Below are positions 1 to 8,537 of a stretch of DNA of 44,212 bases, one piece after another (the stretch's first letter is position 1; each line of letters opens with the position of its first letter). The stretch is from assembly GCA_038850285.1 (NCBI GenBank), contig JAWCMA010000009.1:1-44212 (forward strand), written 5' to 3'. Both the position numbers and the translations under genes were made by a program. Source of the stretch: Methanocellales archaeon (GTDB taxonomy: Archaea > Halobacteriota > JAWCLZ01). The notes under the pieces are model-generated. The model saw only the letters and a program-made list of their open reading frames with translations. It was not told the origin of the DNA and ran no database searches.

Positions 1-2
1 AT

Positions 3-20
3 TTTGAATTTGAATTTGAA
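3..20. repeat. Microsatellite (TTTGAA)x3
   Basis: Three exact copies at 3-8, 9-14 and 15-20, downstream of the minus-strand pilus operon; may be truncated by the window edge. Confidence 0.7.
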
Positions 21-193
21 CTGTCGATCTAGAATCTGGGATATGCTGCACCACCGAAAGGAGGGAGTTAAAAGAAAAGATTCTAACAGGTTCTCCTTTA
101 TTATCTACGCTGGAATTTCGTCTATCTAGGCTAAGTTTTTTTCAAGTCCAAGTCGAAAACCCACGCCAAGCTGAGTAGATATGAGCCAAATTT

Positions 194-1144
194 TTAAACG
201 AAGAAGGTGAACACCACCCAAGCGATTATTGTTAATACCACTGAGTGCTTCAATCCAGCGCTCACCGAGCCTTCTCCCATCTGCCCTGCGACCAAGCCTG
301 AAACGAAGCCCTGTATCACTGCAGCGTGGAAGAACAAGCGCTTGTATTCCTCGGGATTGAATACCATGTAGAAGCCTGAGATCTGTTGGCCGCTTTGAGC
401 TGCTGCGGTGCCAGCTTCATACATCACTGGGATAAAAGTTGTAGCGAGCACTGCAATAACAAATATGAAGACGAAGAAAGCGACATAGCAAATCACGAGA
501 TAAATCACCATGCCCGCATATCTATCCGCGTGCATCATCTGCAGCTCTCTAGCATCCTTCGAAGCTGCCTCAAGGACGTCAGGAACATTGCCGCCTGCGC
601 GATTTGCTTGCACTATAAGCGCTGCAGCTCTTCCAACTAGCGGGGTGCGCACTCGCTTGGCAAAGTTCTCCAGTGCTTCTTCAAATGGCAAGCCCCATGA
701 AACCAGGGCATCCATGCGCTTGATCTCCGCAGTTAAAGCACCATAGGTACCCTTGGCTACTGTCTTTAAAGCCTGCGGTAGAGTCATGCCAGTGCGATTT
801 GACTCCGAGAGCTCCCGCAGGAAACTTGGGAGATATTCCTCCATCTTTCGAATATGCCTCTGCTTGAAGTAATGCATAAAGCCAGGTGGAGCTATTGCAA
901 TTAATACTGAAGCGATTACTATATCATCAATTATGGGTGAATCTAGCAAATTTATTAACCCATAGATTAAGAGCACTGCAGCAACTGGCACGCTTATAAA
1001 TGCAGCATAAGCTGGCTCGTCTCTAATTGTTTCAAGAGGGGTTCTTAAAAATTGCTTGAACTTAGTCCTGCGCTTGCTCTCCTCAAGTTTTTTCAAGATA
1101 TGCTCGCTCAGCTTCGCATCAAGAACAGCTGCCATTGCTCTCAC
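194..1144 (-). CDS. Type II secretion/type IV pilus platform protein (T2SSF, TadC/ArlJ-like)
   Basis: Multiple TM segments; 'LPSFLRELSESNRTGMTLPQAL', 'YGALTAEI', 'GLVAGQMGEG' are typical of archaeal TadC; 4-bp overlap with upstream paralog. Confidence 0.9.
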   Translation of the reverse strand: MRAMAAVLDAKLSEHILKKLEESKRRTKFKQFLRTPLETIRDEPAYAAFISVPVAAVLLIYGLINLLDSPIIDDIVIASVLIAIAPPGFMHYFKQRHIRKMEEYLPSFLRELSESNRTGMTLPQALKTVAKGTYGALTAEIKRMDALVSWGLPFEEALENFAKRVRTPLVGRAAALIVQANRAGGNVPDVLEAASKDARELQMMHADRYAGMVIYLVICYVAFFVFIFVIAVLATTFIPVMYEAGTAAAQSGQQISGFYMVFNPEEYKRLFFHAAVIQGFVSGLVAGQMGEGSVSAGLKHSVVLTIIAWVVFTFFV

Positions 1145-2076
1145 TTCTCCGGAGTTATGGAATCAATCAATATTACAAAAAGCAAGCTACCTACGGGGAT
1201 CACGAGATAGATCACAAGTTGAAGTAAAAGCATTCCTCCTCCACTCATGATCATCATTATGGACATCATTACAATTAGGAAAAGCGGACCGGCGACAAAG
1301 GCTGTGACATAGGCTTCTGCGATTAATCCCAGGGTATCTAGGAATTCCTTCTGCTGCCTTCGATTTTCAAGCATATATTGCTCAGTTTTTATTTTAAGAT
1401 AGGGCGCGAGCTCCCCTCCTGAGGTAATTGTGGTTATTATTCCCTGCAGGAATTCCTGGAGTCTAGTGGATGGAGTTGTGGCAGCTACATTTTTAAGCGC
1501 AGTAATTAGGTCTTCTCCGAATAATTTAATTTCCCTCACAATATACCTCGCTTCAACCGCTGATTCACCATACATCTCTGAATTAGCTAAGGAGCTGAAG
1601 ATTTCAACAGGCACTACACCTGCTCGAGACATCGAAGCAATGTAATTCACAGCATAAGGTAAGGTTGCATCTATATTTCTCCTTCGAGTGCTGCATCTCA
1701 ATCTGGGGTATAATAGGAAGGAAACATAGGTAATTCCACTGAATAGCAGCGCAAGGAATAATATAACAAAGCCTGCGAGGATGAGTTCTTTGTTATTGAA
1801 AATTGGATCCATCCACTCAGGATACTCGAATTCTGCAAGTCTAGTGGTAGTGACCTCAGGTATTCCAAAGAACTCGAGAAATATCAATCCAAGAAGAATT
1901 CCTACAACTGCCATGATTAAGGAGGTTAAAAGAGCAGTTGACATGAATAGCTCTACCGAGGTTGTCGTTCTACCGCCAAGTAGGCTCTTTCTTAAATCAT
2001 AATATTTATCCCGCCTCTTCAAAAAGAACTTCCCGAAGAGGAGATAGGCTATTTTTTCATAGCTAAGGCTTGGCAT
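1141..2076 (-). CDS. Type II secretion/type IV pilus platform protein (T2SSF, TadC/ArlJ-like)
   Basis: 'IDATLPYAVNYIASMSRAG', 'YGESAVEARYIVRE', 'TTPS..LQEFLQG'; TM helices; overlaps the ATPase stop. Confidence 0.9.
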   Translation of the reverse strand: MPSLSYEKIAYLLFGKFFLKRRDKYYDLRKSLLGGRTTTSVELFMSTALLTSLIMAVVGILLGLIFLEFFGIPEVTTTRLAEFEYPEWMDPIFNNKELILAGFVILFLALLFSGITYVSFLLYPRLRCSTRRRNIDATLPYAVNYIASMSRAGVVPVEIFSSLANSEMYGESAVEARYIVREIKLFGEDLITALKNVAATTPSTRLQEFLQGIITTITSGGELAPYLKIKTEQYMLENRRQQKEFLDTLGLIAEAYVTAFVAGPLFLIVMMSIMMIMSGGGMLLLQLVIYLVIPVGSLLFVILIDSITPEK

Positions 2077-4012
2077 ATAGCTCTTTCCTCACCAACTCCA
2101 TTAATTTATCTGGCTCTCTATAGTAGCCAACGACCACTTTAGCTACATCTTCATAGTGCGTTATTCCCTTGAGGCGCATCCATTCAAGGATCTCCTGTCT
2201 ATTCCTCAGCTCCTGCTTCATCTTTTCCTCAGTCCAACCGCGATCGTCCATTATTTTATCTAAAATATAAGATCGCCCTGAGTATTCAAATTCATCTCTA
2301 GCAGGGACCCATCTGAATACCTCATTGGTAAGTAGCTCTCCCGTCCTAGTGTCAACTCCCACGAGCTCAGTTATGCTCTTGCATCTTCTCACCCGCTGCC
2401 CGCCCACGCGTACTTGCACTTGAACGCAGATTATATCCAATGCTTGAAGCATTATCCTAGGAACATTGATGGGCGGGCTTTCTAAGCGGTGCACCACAGA
2501 GGTAACATTGTCAGCGTGCATTGTTGAAAAGGTAGTGTGGCCTGTTGCCATTGCTTGGAAGAGCACATAGGCTTCTTTGCCTCTAACCTCGCCTAGGAGT
2601 ATGAACTCAGGTCTCTGGCGAAGGGCTGCTCGCAGCAGCTCATACATATCAATTGCACCCTCTCCCCCTACTGTGACAGGCTCTCTGGTAACGCCGGGAA
2701 TCCAGTTGGGGTGAGGTAAGTTTAACTCACGGGTGTCCTCGATGGATATGATCTTAAGCTGCGGGGGTATGAATAGAGAAATTGCATTCAAAGAAGTGGT
2801 TTTTCCTGAGGCAGTGCCGCCAGCGAAGATTATGCTTTTATTATTCTCAACTGCTAGCCAGAGGTAGGCAACTGCACTTGTGGGGAATGTGTGGAGATCT
2901 ATTAGATCTGGAGGCGAGAGGGGTTTTTCTTTGAATTTGCGTATTGTAAAGGTGCTTCCCCTTGTGGTAACCTCTCTGCCAAGTGTAAGTTGAATGCGAG
3001 AGCCATCTGGTAAAGTAGCGTCTAAAAGCGGCTCAGCTATTGAGATGTGTCTATTGCAGATTTGAGCAAGTTTTATTATAAATGAATCAAGTTCATCTTC
3101 TTTTTCAAAGATTAAATTCGATTTTATGGATTCATATTTCTTATGATAAATGAAAACAGGGGTATGAGGGCCATCGCAAGATATGTCCTCTATATTGGGA
3201 TCCCTCATCATTGGGTCTATTCTATCATAGCCAAGGAATTTGCGCAGGATATAGTAGGTGATTTTTTCTTTAGATCTAGGCGGGAGCTTTATGCCATATT
3301 CGCGCAGAATTTTATTAATATTGCTTTTAAGATATTTCTCAGCTCCCTTGCGCTCTATCTCCTTTAAATCTATGTCTAAGCTTTCTATTAATCTATACAC
3401 TAATTCATTAAGCAGCTCTTTTTCCCCATCGGTAAGCGTTGGCTCCAGCACTTGATAGGTATATTCGTGGATGGAGGGTTCATAGGCAATTCTTATGTAG
3501 GCATAGGGTTTATTAACTGGGTAAAGTTCAACCTCTTCATAAGTGGCATCCTTTGGTATTTCAAGTTCGACAAGTAAGCCATGCTTCGCTACATCGTAGA
3601 CTTCTTCCACTTCTTCTTTCTTTAAAATTGGAATCCTTGGCTTGAACTTGAACTCCGGCTTGGGTTTTTCAAGCTCGACTTTAGATACTTTTGTTGGAGT
3701 AGGGAGCTCCACTGCTTCCTTCTTTTTTGCCTCTTCAACTGCTTCCTTCCATATTTTCTCAATTTCCTCAGGGAGCTTCGCTCGCTCGACTGGTTCTAGA
3801 ATTTTTCTACCAGATCCCAATCTGATCTTGAGTTCATCGATGGTTATCTTTGAGCCTTTGGGGAGAATTAAATCTGAAAGTCCTTCCTTTTCTTCCTTTA
3901 ATGGAATTTTTTTAACAGCTCTCTGGATCTCCTCGACTTCACTTACCTTGGATTCCTCTATTTCATCCTTGTTTTCCTTTTTATTATCATTATTCGGTTT
4001 ATCCTGAGTCAT
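2063..4012 (-). CDS. Type II/IV secretion system ATPase (archaeal PilB/ArlI/VirB11 family)
   Basis: Walker A GGTASGKTT, Asp-box IEDTREL, ALRQRPEFILLGEVRG, MATGH...STMHA; long charged N-terminal extension. Confidence 0.95.
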   Translation of the reverse strand: MTQDKPNNDNKKENKDEIEESKVSEVEEIQRAVKKIPLKEEKEGLSDLILPKGSKITIDELKIRLGSGRKILEPVERAKLPEEIEKIWKEAVEEAKKKEAVELPTPTKVSKVELEKPKPEFKFKPRIPILKKEEVEEVYDVAKHGLLVELEIPKDATYEEVELYPVNKPYAYIRIAYEPSIHEYTYQVLEPTLTDGEKELLNELVYRLIESLDIDLKEIERKGAEKYLKSNINKILREYGIKLPPRSKEKITYYILRKFLGYDRIDPMMRDPNIEDISCDGPHTPVFIYHKKYESIKSNLIFEKEDELDSFIIKLAQICNRHISIAEPLLDATLPDGSRIQLTLGREVTTRGSTFTIRKFKEKPLSPPDLIDLHTFPTSAVAYLWLAVENNKSIIFAGGTASGKTTSLNAISLFIPPQLKIISIEDTRELNLPHPNWIPGVTREPVTVGGEGAIDMYELLRAALRQRPEFILLGEVRGKEAYVLFQAMATGHTTFSTMHADNVTSVVHRLESPPINVPRIMLQALDIICVQVQVRVGGQRVRRCKSITELVGVDTRTGELLTNEVFRWVPARDEFEYSGRSYILDKIMDDRGWTEEKMKQELRNRQEILEWMRLKGITHYEDVAKVVVGYYREPDKLMELVRKELYAKP

Positions 4013-4085
4013 ATATTCCCTTTTTTATTTTTAAAACCAACTATATTATATTATTTGTTACATCATAATATAATGATTATAATGA

Positions 4086-4289
4086 TCATAATATTCTAAG
4101 TTTTTTGAATTCCTCGATATCTCTTGCAAGTTTATCAAGCTCTTCATCTGTTACCTCAACTCTATTTTTAATAGAATTTAACTCAAAAGTTAGCTGCTTT
4201 ATTCGAACATACATTATCCAGATGGTGAACAAGCTTACTCCTAATATTAATATTATAGAAATTTCAATGATAGTGCGAAAGTCAGCCAT
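4086..4289 (-). CDS. Small membrane-anchored coiled-coil protein
   Basis: 67 aa; N-terminal TM helix then heptad-like charged region; starts immediately after the minD stop with GGAGG at the end of minD. Confidence 0.75.
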   Translation of the reverse strand: MADFRTIIEISIILILGVSLFTIWIMYVRIKQLTFELNSIKNRVEVTDEELDKLARDIEEFKKLRIL

Positions 4290-5075
4290 CTATCCGCCTC
4301 CGAAAATTGCTCTAGCTAGCCTCTCGGCGAAGCTCTCTTTCTTCTTCGCTGGTAGCTCAACAATTGGGGCACCGGCTATCTTAGCTGCCATTCGCTTGAA
4401 TACAATCGCTGCAGGTGAATCTGGATTTCGAACTATAACTGGCACTTTGAAGGCAGCAGCTCTTCTTACATTGGCATCTTCAGGTATAACATCGATCACC
4501 TCCACCCCTAGCAGTTCTCTTACCTTCTGTCTCTTAATCTCGGTTTGATCCACCCCTGCTCTATTCAAAATAGCTCCACCCACTTTCCCTCCAACGATCT
4601 CAGTCAAAATCTTGGTTTTCAATGCATCTGCCATTGAGGCAATTTCAGGGTTAACCACTAGGATAACCTCATCTGCAACCGCTAAGGGAATTATTCCATC
4701 CCTGCTTATCCCAGCAGGTGCATCGATGAGCATGAAATCAATTCCTTCCAGCAGCTTTACCATTACTTCTTGAAGGCGCTCTGGATCGGACTCTTGAAAG
4801 CCCTGTAGTGATATACCGCTCGGCACAACTTTAAGCCCAGCTGGGCCGTTATATATTGCTTTATCGATAGTTGCTTTTCCAGAGAGAACTTCGTGAAGAG
4901 TTATGGGACTTCTCTCCAGCCCTAGAACTAGTCCTATGTTTGCCATTCCAATATCTGCGTCTATGATGATTGTTTTTTTCCCCAGCATTGCAAGAGCAGT
5001 GCCTAAATTTACCACCACAGTGGTTTTACCCGTGCCTCCTTTTCCAGAAGCAATTGTATAGACTTTAGCGGCCAT
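4290..5075 (-). CDS. minD: MinD-family ATPase
   Basis: Deviant Walker A SGKGGTGKTT, DADIGMAN, IDAPAG, C-terminal amphipathic helix FAERLARAIFG. Confidence 0.92.
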   Translation of the reverse strand: MAAKVYTIASGKGGTGKTTVVVNLGTALAMLGKKTIIIDADIGMANIGLVLGLERSPITLHEVLSGKATIDKAIYNGPAGLKVVPSGISLQGFQESDPERLQEVMVKLLEGIDFMLIDAPAGISRDGIIPLAVADEVILVVNPEIASMADALKTKILTEIVGGKVGGAILNRAGVDQTEIKRQKVRELLGVEVIDVIPEDANVRRAAAFKVPVIVRNPDSPAAIVFKRMAAKIAGAPIVELPAKKKESFAERLARAIFGGG

Positions 5076-5085
5076 GCTCTATCTC

Positions 5086-5118
5086 CAGTATATTCCTCAT
5101 CCTCAGTATATTCATCAT
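5086..5118. repeat. 15-bp direct repeat CAGTATATTC(C/A)TCAT x2 upstream of minD
   Basis: Copies at 5086-5100 and 5104-5118, one mismatch. Confidence 0.6.
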
Positions 5119-5217
5119 TATGATTATTATTGTTTTTGTATATATATTTGTCGTTTATACGATTAAATCTAAATATTTTGGTTTAAAAATCAAAAAATAA
5201 AAAAATTTATCTACAAA

Positions 5218-5961
5218 TTATCTTACTACTTTGATTTCCTCCGCTAGCGATCTCAAGATTCTATCCCGCAATCTATTTACCTCAAAATCCGTTCTTTTCC
5301 TAGGTCTTGGAATATTTACATCGAGGATTTCTTTTATTCTCCCTGGACTTGCTGTTAATAATACAATTTTCTCGGCAAGAAAAACTGCTTCATCTACATT
5401 GTGAGTTATGAAGAGCACGGTTTCCTTTTCTTTTTCCCAAATTGCAAGCAATTCTTCCTGAAGCTGATTTCTGGTTTGCGCATCTAAAGCTCCAAATGGC
5501 TCATCCATTAATAATATCTTGGGCTCATTTGCAAGTGCTCTTGCGATGGCAACGCGCTGCTTCATTCCACCTGAAAGTTCGTGAGGATATGCATTTGCAA
5601 ACTTAGCTAGCTGCACTATTTCAAGATATTTATCCACAATTCGCTTCCTTTCCTCTTTAGCTAAACCCTTAACTTCAAGTCCAAATTCAATGTTCTTGCG
5701 CACCGTGCGCCATGGAAAAAGAGCATATTCTTGAAATACCACACCCCTCTCTGGACTAGGTCCTTCGATTTTTTTTCCATCTAGCAGTATTTCTCCCGAG
5801 GTAGGCTTATCTAAACCAGCAGAAAGTCTAAGCAGCGTAGTCTTGCCGCATCCGCTTGGCCCTAGAATGCAGATAAAAGCTTTATCAGGGACTGTGAAGG
5901 AGATGTTTTCAAGTGCTGTGAAGTTATCAAATTTTTTGGTCACATTTCTGAATTCAAGCAT
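5218..5961 (-). CDS. ABC transporter ATP-binding protein (TauB/SsuB/NrtD type)
   Basis: GPSGCGKTT, LSGGMKQR, LLMDEPFGALD; ATG at 5961 (MLEFRNV) just after the permease stop preferred to the track start 5997. Confidence 0.93.
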   Translation of the reverse strand: MLEFRNVTKKFDNFTALENISFTVPDKAFICILGPSGCGKTTLLRLSAGLDKPTSGEILLDGKKIEGPSPERGVVFQEYALFPWRTVRKNIEFGLEVKGLAKEERKRIVDKYLEIVQLAKFANAYPHELSGGMKQRVAIARALANEPKILLMDEPFGALDAQTRNQLQEELLAIWEKEKETVLFITHNVDEAVFLAEKIVLLTASPGRIKEILDVNIPRPRKRTDFEVNRLRDRILRSLAEEIKVVR

Positions 5962-5963
5962 TA

Positions 5964-6746
5964 TTATACCCTTCCCTCTTGAAGAATACCGCTCCAAGCT
6001 GAAAGCCTTGCTTCAGCGCTTGCTAGAATTTTCATCATCATATAGCCAATGAGACCTATCACAATCATGCCTGAAAATACCAAATCAAATCTTCCCACTT
6101 CACTCATTGCCCAGATATAGTAACCCAGGCCTCCTCCTCTCACGCCCACCATCTCCGCTGCCACTATGCTCATCCAACCAACTCCCAATCCAATCCGAAT
6201 TCCAGTTGTTATGCTTCGAACCGAAGCTGGGATTACCACTTTGGTGAAGAGCGTTAAGCCTCCAGCGCCAAGGGTTTTAGCTGCATCGATTAAAATTGGG
6301 TCAACGCTCTTCACCCCTGAAATCGTGCTCAATAAAATGGGAAATACCACTCCTAGGAAAACGATGAAAACAGCATCAAATGGCTCGCCAAAGTAATAAA
6401 TTGCAAATGGAATCCAAGCCAACGGGGGAATGGGTCTAATTATCTCCACTATTGGCGAGGAAAAGCTATCCACAATTCTAAACCACCCAGAGAGCAGGCC
6501 AAGCGGGATAGCTAGCACGCTCGCGAGCAAAAATCCATATAATACTCTTGTTATACTAGCTTGAATATGCTGAGTTAAATAGAAACCCAAGAAGTCTTTC
6601 TCAAGGAAAGAGTAAAGTAGAGCTATAAAAACTGAATGGGGAGATGGGAGATAAGCACTTTTAATTGCAAGAGCCAAAATTTCCCAAGCTATTATCCAAC
6701 TTGCAATTGAAGCGATGCTTATTCCATATTTCAAATAGCTCTTCAT
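5964..6746 (-). CDS. ABC transporter permease (TauC/SsuC type)
   Basis: IRPIPPLAWIP, EAA-like DAAKTLGA, IVAAEM, GLGY. Confidence 0.93.
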   Translation of the reverse strand: MKSYLKYGISIASIASWIIAWEILALAIKSAYLPSPHSVFIALLYSFLEKDFLGFYLTQHIQASITRVLYGFLLASVLAIPLGLLSGWFRIVDSFSSPIVEIIRPIPPLAWIPFAIYYFGEPFDAVFIVFLGVVFPILLSTISGVKSVDPILIDAAKTLGAGGLTLFTKVVIPASVRSITTGIRIGLGVGWMSIVAAEMVGVRGGGLGYYIWAMSEVGRFDLVFSGMIVIGLIGYMMMKILASAEARLSAWSGILQEGRV

Positions 6747-6778
6747 TCCAATTGAGCTTTGAGCTAATAAATATATAT

Positions 6779-7816
6779 TTATTCCTTTGCCTTAGCTAGA
6801 TAAGCTGCATCGAGGTATCTCTCCGCTAGATCAGTGCTATTTGCATATCCCCTCTCTCTGAGTTTTTCCTGTGATATTATATTATATTGAATTAATTTGT
6901 CGGTGTATTCTGCAATTGAGCTCTTGAACTGCTCATCGATGTCTGATTTGAAGTTGATCAACTTGAATGCCTCCTTAACGACTTGCTCTTCTCTGCCTGT
7001 GAACTGCATTGAAATTGCGATTAATAGCTTGTATTCCTCGGAATCAGGATTCCTTAGAGCTTTATTTATGTAGTTCGTGGCTTCAACGTGGGCTCTTAAG
7101 AAGTTCACCACAGCCTCTGGATTTTGAGCCGCAAATTTCCTATCAACCGCGACCACACAGCAGGGGTGACTGGGCCAGATATCCCGAGAGGAGGCTAAGA
7201 TCTTCCCCGTGCCGCTTATAACTGCATCTGAAACAAATGGCTCCCAAGCAACAAAGCCATTTATCTCTCCCGCCTCTAGTTTTGCTCGCATATCCTTGGG
7301 CGCTACATCGACTATTGCTATTTTTCCTATGTCTACTCCTTCTTTTTCAGCTAGAGTTAGCAAGAGGAAGAACTGTATCGCGGATCTACTTGGCACTGCA
7401 ATGGTTTTGCCAATTAAATCTGAAAATCTTTCAATATCCCTGGATACCACAAGTGCTGATCCCTCTTCATTTGCCTGTGCAATAATTACTGTATCAACAT
7501 TTGCATTAATATGTTTGATTATGGCTGGAGGGCTCCCAAGCAATCCTATATCCACATCTCCAGCTGCAAAGTGATCCATCTCCGCTCCACCATGCGGATA
7601 CGGTGTGCCCTTGGCATCTTCCACTTCAATACCATATTTCTCAAAAAATGAAATTCCACCACCAACAGTTTTATTCTTCGCAACCATATAGGCAACTTCG
7701 TGTAGATCTGCAAGTAAATATCCAACTCTAACCTTCTTGGGCGCAGGAGGAACAGTGCTTATGCATCCCAGTGATAGCAGCAGTAGGGCAATGGATAAAG
7801 CTAAAGCTTTCTTCAT
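6779..7816 (-). CDS. ABC transporter substrate-binding lipoprotein (SsuA/TauA/NrtA family)
   Basis: Lipobox LSLGC, GKTIAVP, AWEPF, HPCC. Confidence 0.9.
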   Translation of the reverse strand: MKKALALSIALLLLSLGCISTVPPAPKKVRVGYLLADLHEVAYMVAKNKTVGGGISFFEKYGIEVEDAKGTPYPHGGAEMDHFAAGDVDIGLLGSPPAIIKHINANVDTVIIAQANEEGSALVVSRDIERFSDLIGKTIAVPSRSAIQFFLLLTLAEKEGVDIGKIAIVDVAPKDMRAKLEAGEINGFVAWEPFVSDAVISGTGKILASSRDIWPSHPCCVVAVDRKFAAQNPEAVVNFLRAHVEATNYINKALRNPDSEEYKLLIAISMQFTGREEQVVKEAFKLINFKSDIDEQFKSSIAEYTDKLIQYNIISQEKLRERGYANSTDLAERYLDAAYLAKAKE

Positions 7817-7904
7817 CTCTTCACCTAATAATAGTTTTCTATAGCAATATTTTAAATTTTCCTTTTTGTATGAATTTATTACCTAAATGTATTGAAAAGA
7901 AAAA

Positions 7905-7928
7905 TTTATTATACAATTGTATAATAAA
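7905..7928. promoter_or_regulatory. Perfect 24-bp palindrome TTTATTATACAATTGTATAATAAA, candidate operator
   Basis: Exact inverted repeat in the divergent intergenic region, ending 7 nt before the regulator ATG at 7936. Confidence 0.7.
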
Positions 7929-7935
7929 GAGTATT

Positions 7936-8460
7936 ATGACTCTATCAGATGAGATATTGCAAGCTGCTATTGAGAGCAATGAAGCCTTTCGCAGAAAATT
8001 GAGCGAAGTAATTACCTCAAATTTAAGCTTAACAATTGCAACTTTTGCTCGAAAATCAAAAATCCCCTTAAGCACCTTATATAAAATATTATCTGGAGAA
8101 AGAGAGCCAAATCTCAAGACCCTGCGCACAATTATAAAGACAGTGAGAAGCATAGAGGGCTCGAGGAGTGGAAGATTCATAGCAGTCATTGCTTCTCGGC
8201 CTGTGCTTGATGCATTGAAAGAGAGAGCCATTGAAATTAAAGGCAAGAGATTTTCAATTCGCGAGTACCCTGTGAGTTCGATCGAGGAATCCATCATAGC
8301 AGCAGTTCGCGCAGAAAGAGAGGGCGCTGCAGCATTAGTATGCGCACCCATAACAAGCAGCACAGTGGAGAAAATACTCAGAATACCTGTTGCAGCCATT
8401 ATACCTAAGGAAAGTTTGAGTGAAGCAGTGGAAATAGCTGCAAAGAAAATACAAATTTAA
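7936..8460 (+). CDS. XRE/HTH transcriptional regulator with C-terminal alpha/beta domain
   Basis: HTH 'FARKSKIPLSTLYKILSGEREPNLKTL'; ATG 7936 preferred because the track start 7771 crosses the AT-rich promoter and overlaps the divergent gene. Confidence 0.85.
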   Translation: MTLSDEILQAAIESNEAFRRKLSEVITSNLSLTIATFARKSKIPLSTLYKILSGEREPNLKTLRTIIKTVRSIEGSRSGRFIAVIASRPVLDALKERAIEIKGKRFSIREYPVSSIEESIIAAVRAEREGAAALVCAPITSSTVEKILRIPVAAIIPKESLSEAVEIAAKKIQI

Positions 8461-8537
8461 GGATAGAAGGTTGATAAGGATAGAGTAGAGTATATAAGCT
8501 TCTATTTTCTAACTGTTAGTTGCAGGAGGTATAAGAG

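Noticed and set aside
21-193. Possible ncRNA or IS-end remnant (TAGAATCT/AGATTCTA inverted repeat at 30-37 and 78-85)
   Set aside because: Only an 8-bp arm, no recognisable RNA family, no transposase, and context is cut by the window edge
194-4012. Calling the operon an archaellum (arlI/arlJ)
   Set aside because: Two separate half-size TadC genes and no arlB/F/G/H or chemotaxis genes nearby fit a pilus-type system better
7771-7935. N-terminal extension of the HTH regulator and antisense ORF 7839-8399
   Set aside because: The extension crosses the AT-rich divergent promoter and overlaps the SBP gene; the antisense ORF is a shadow of the real gene
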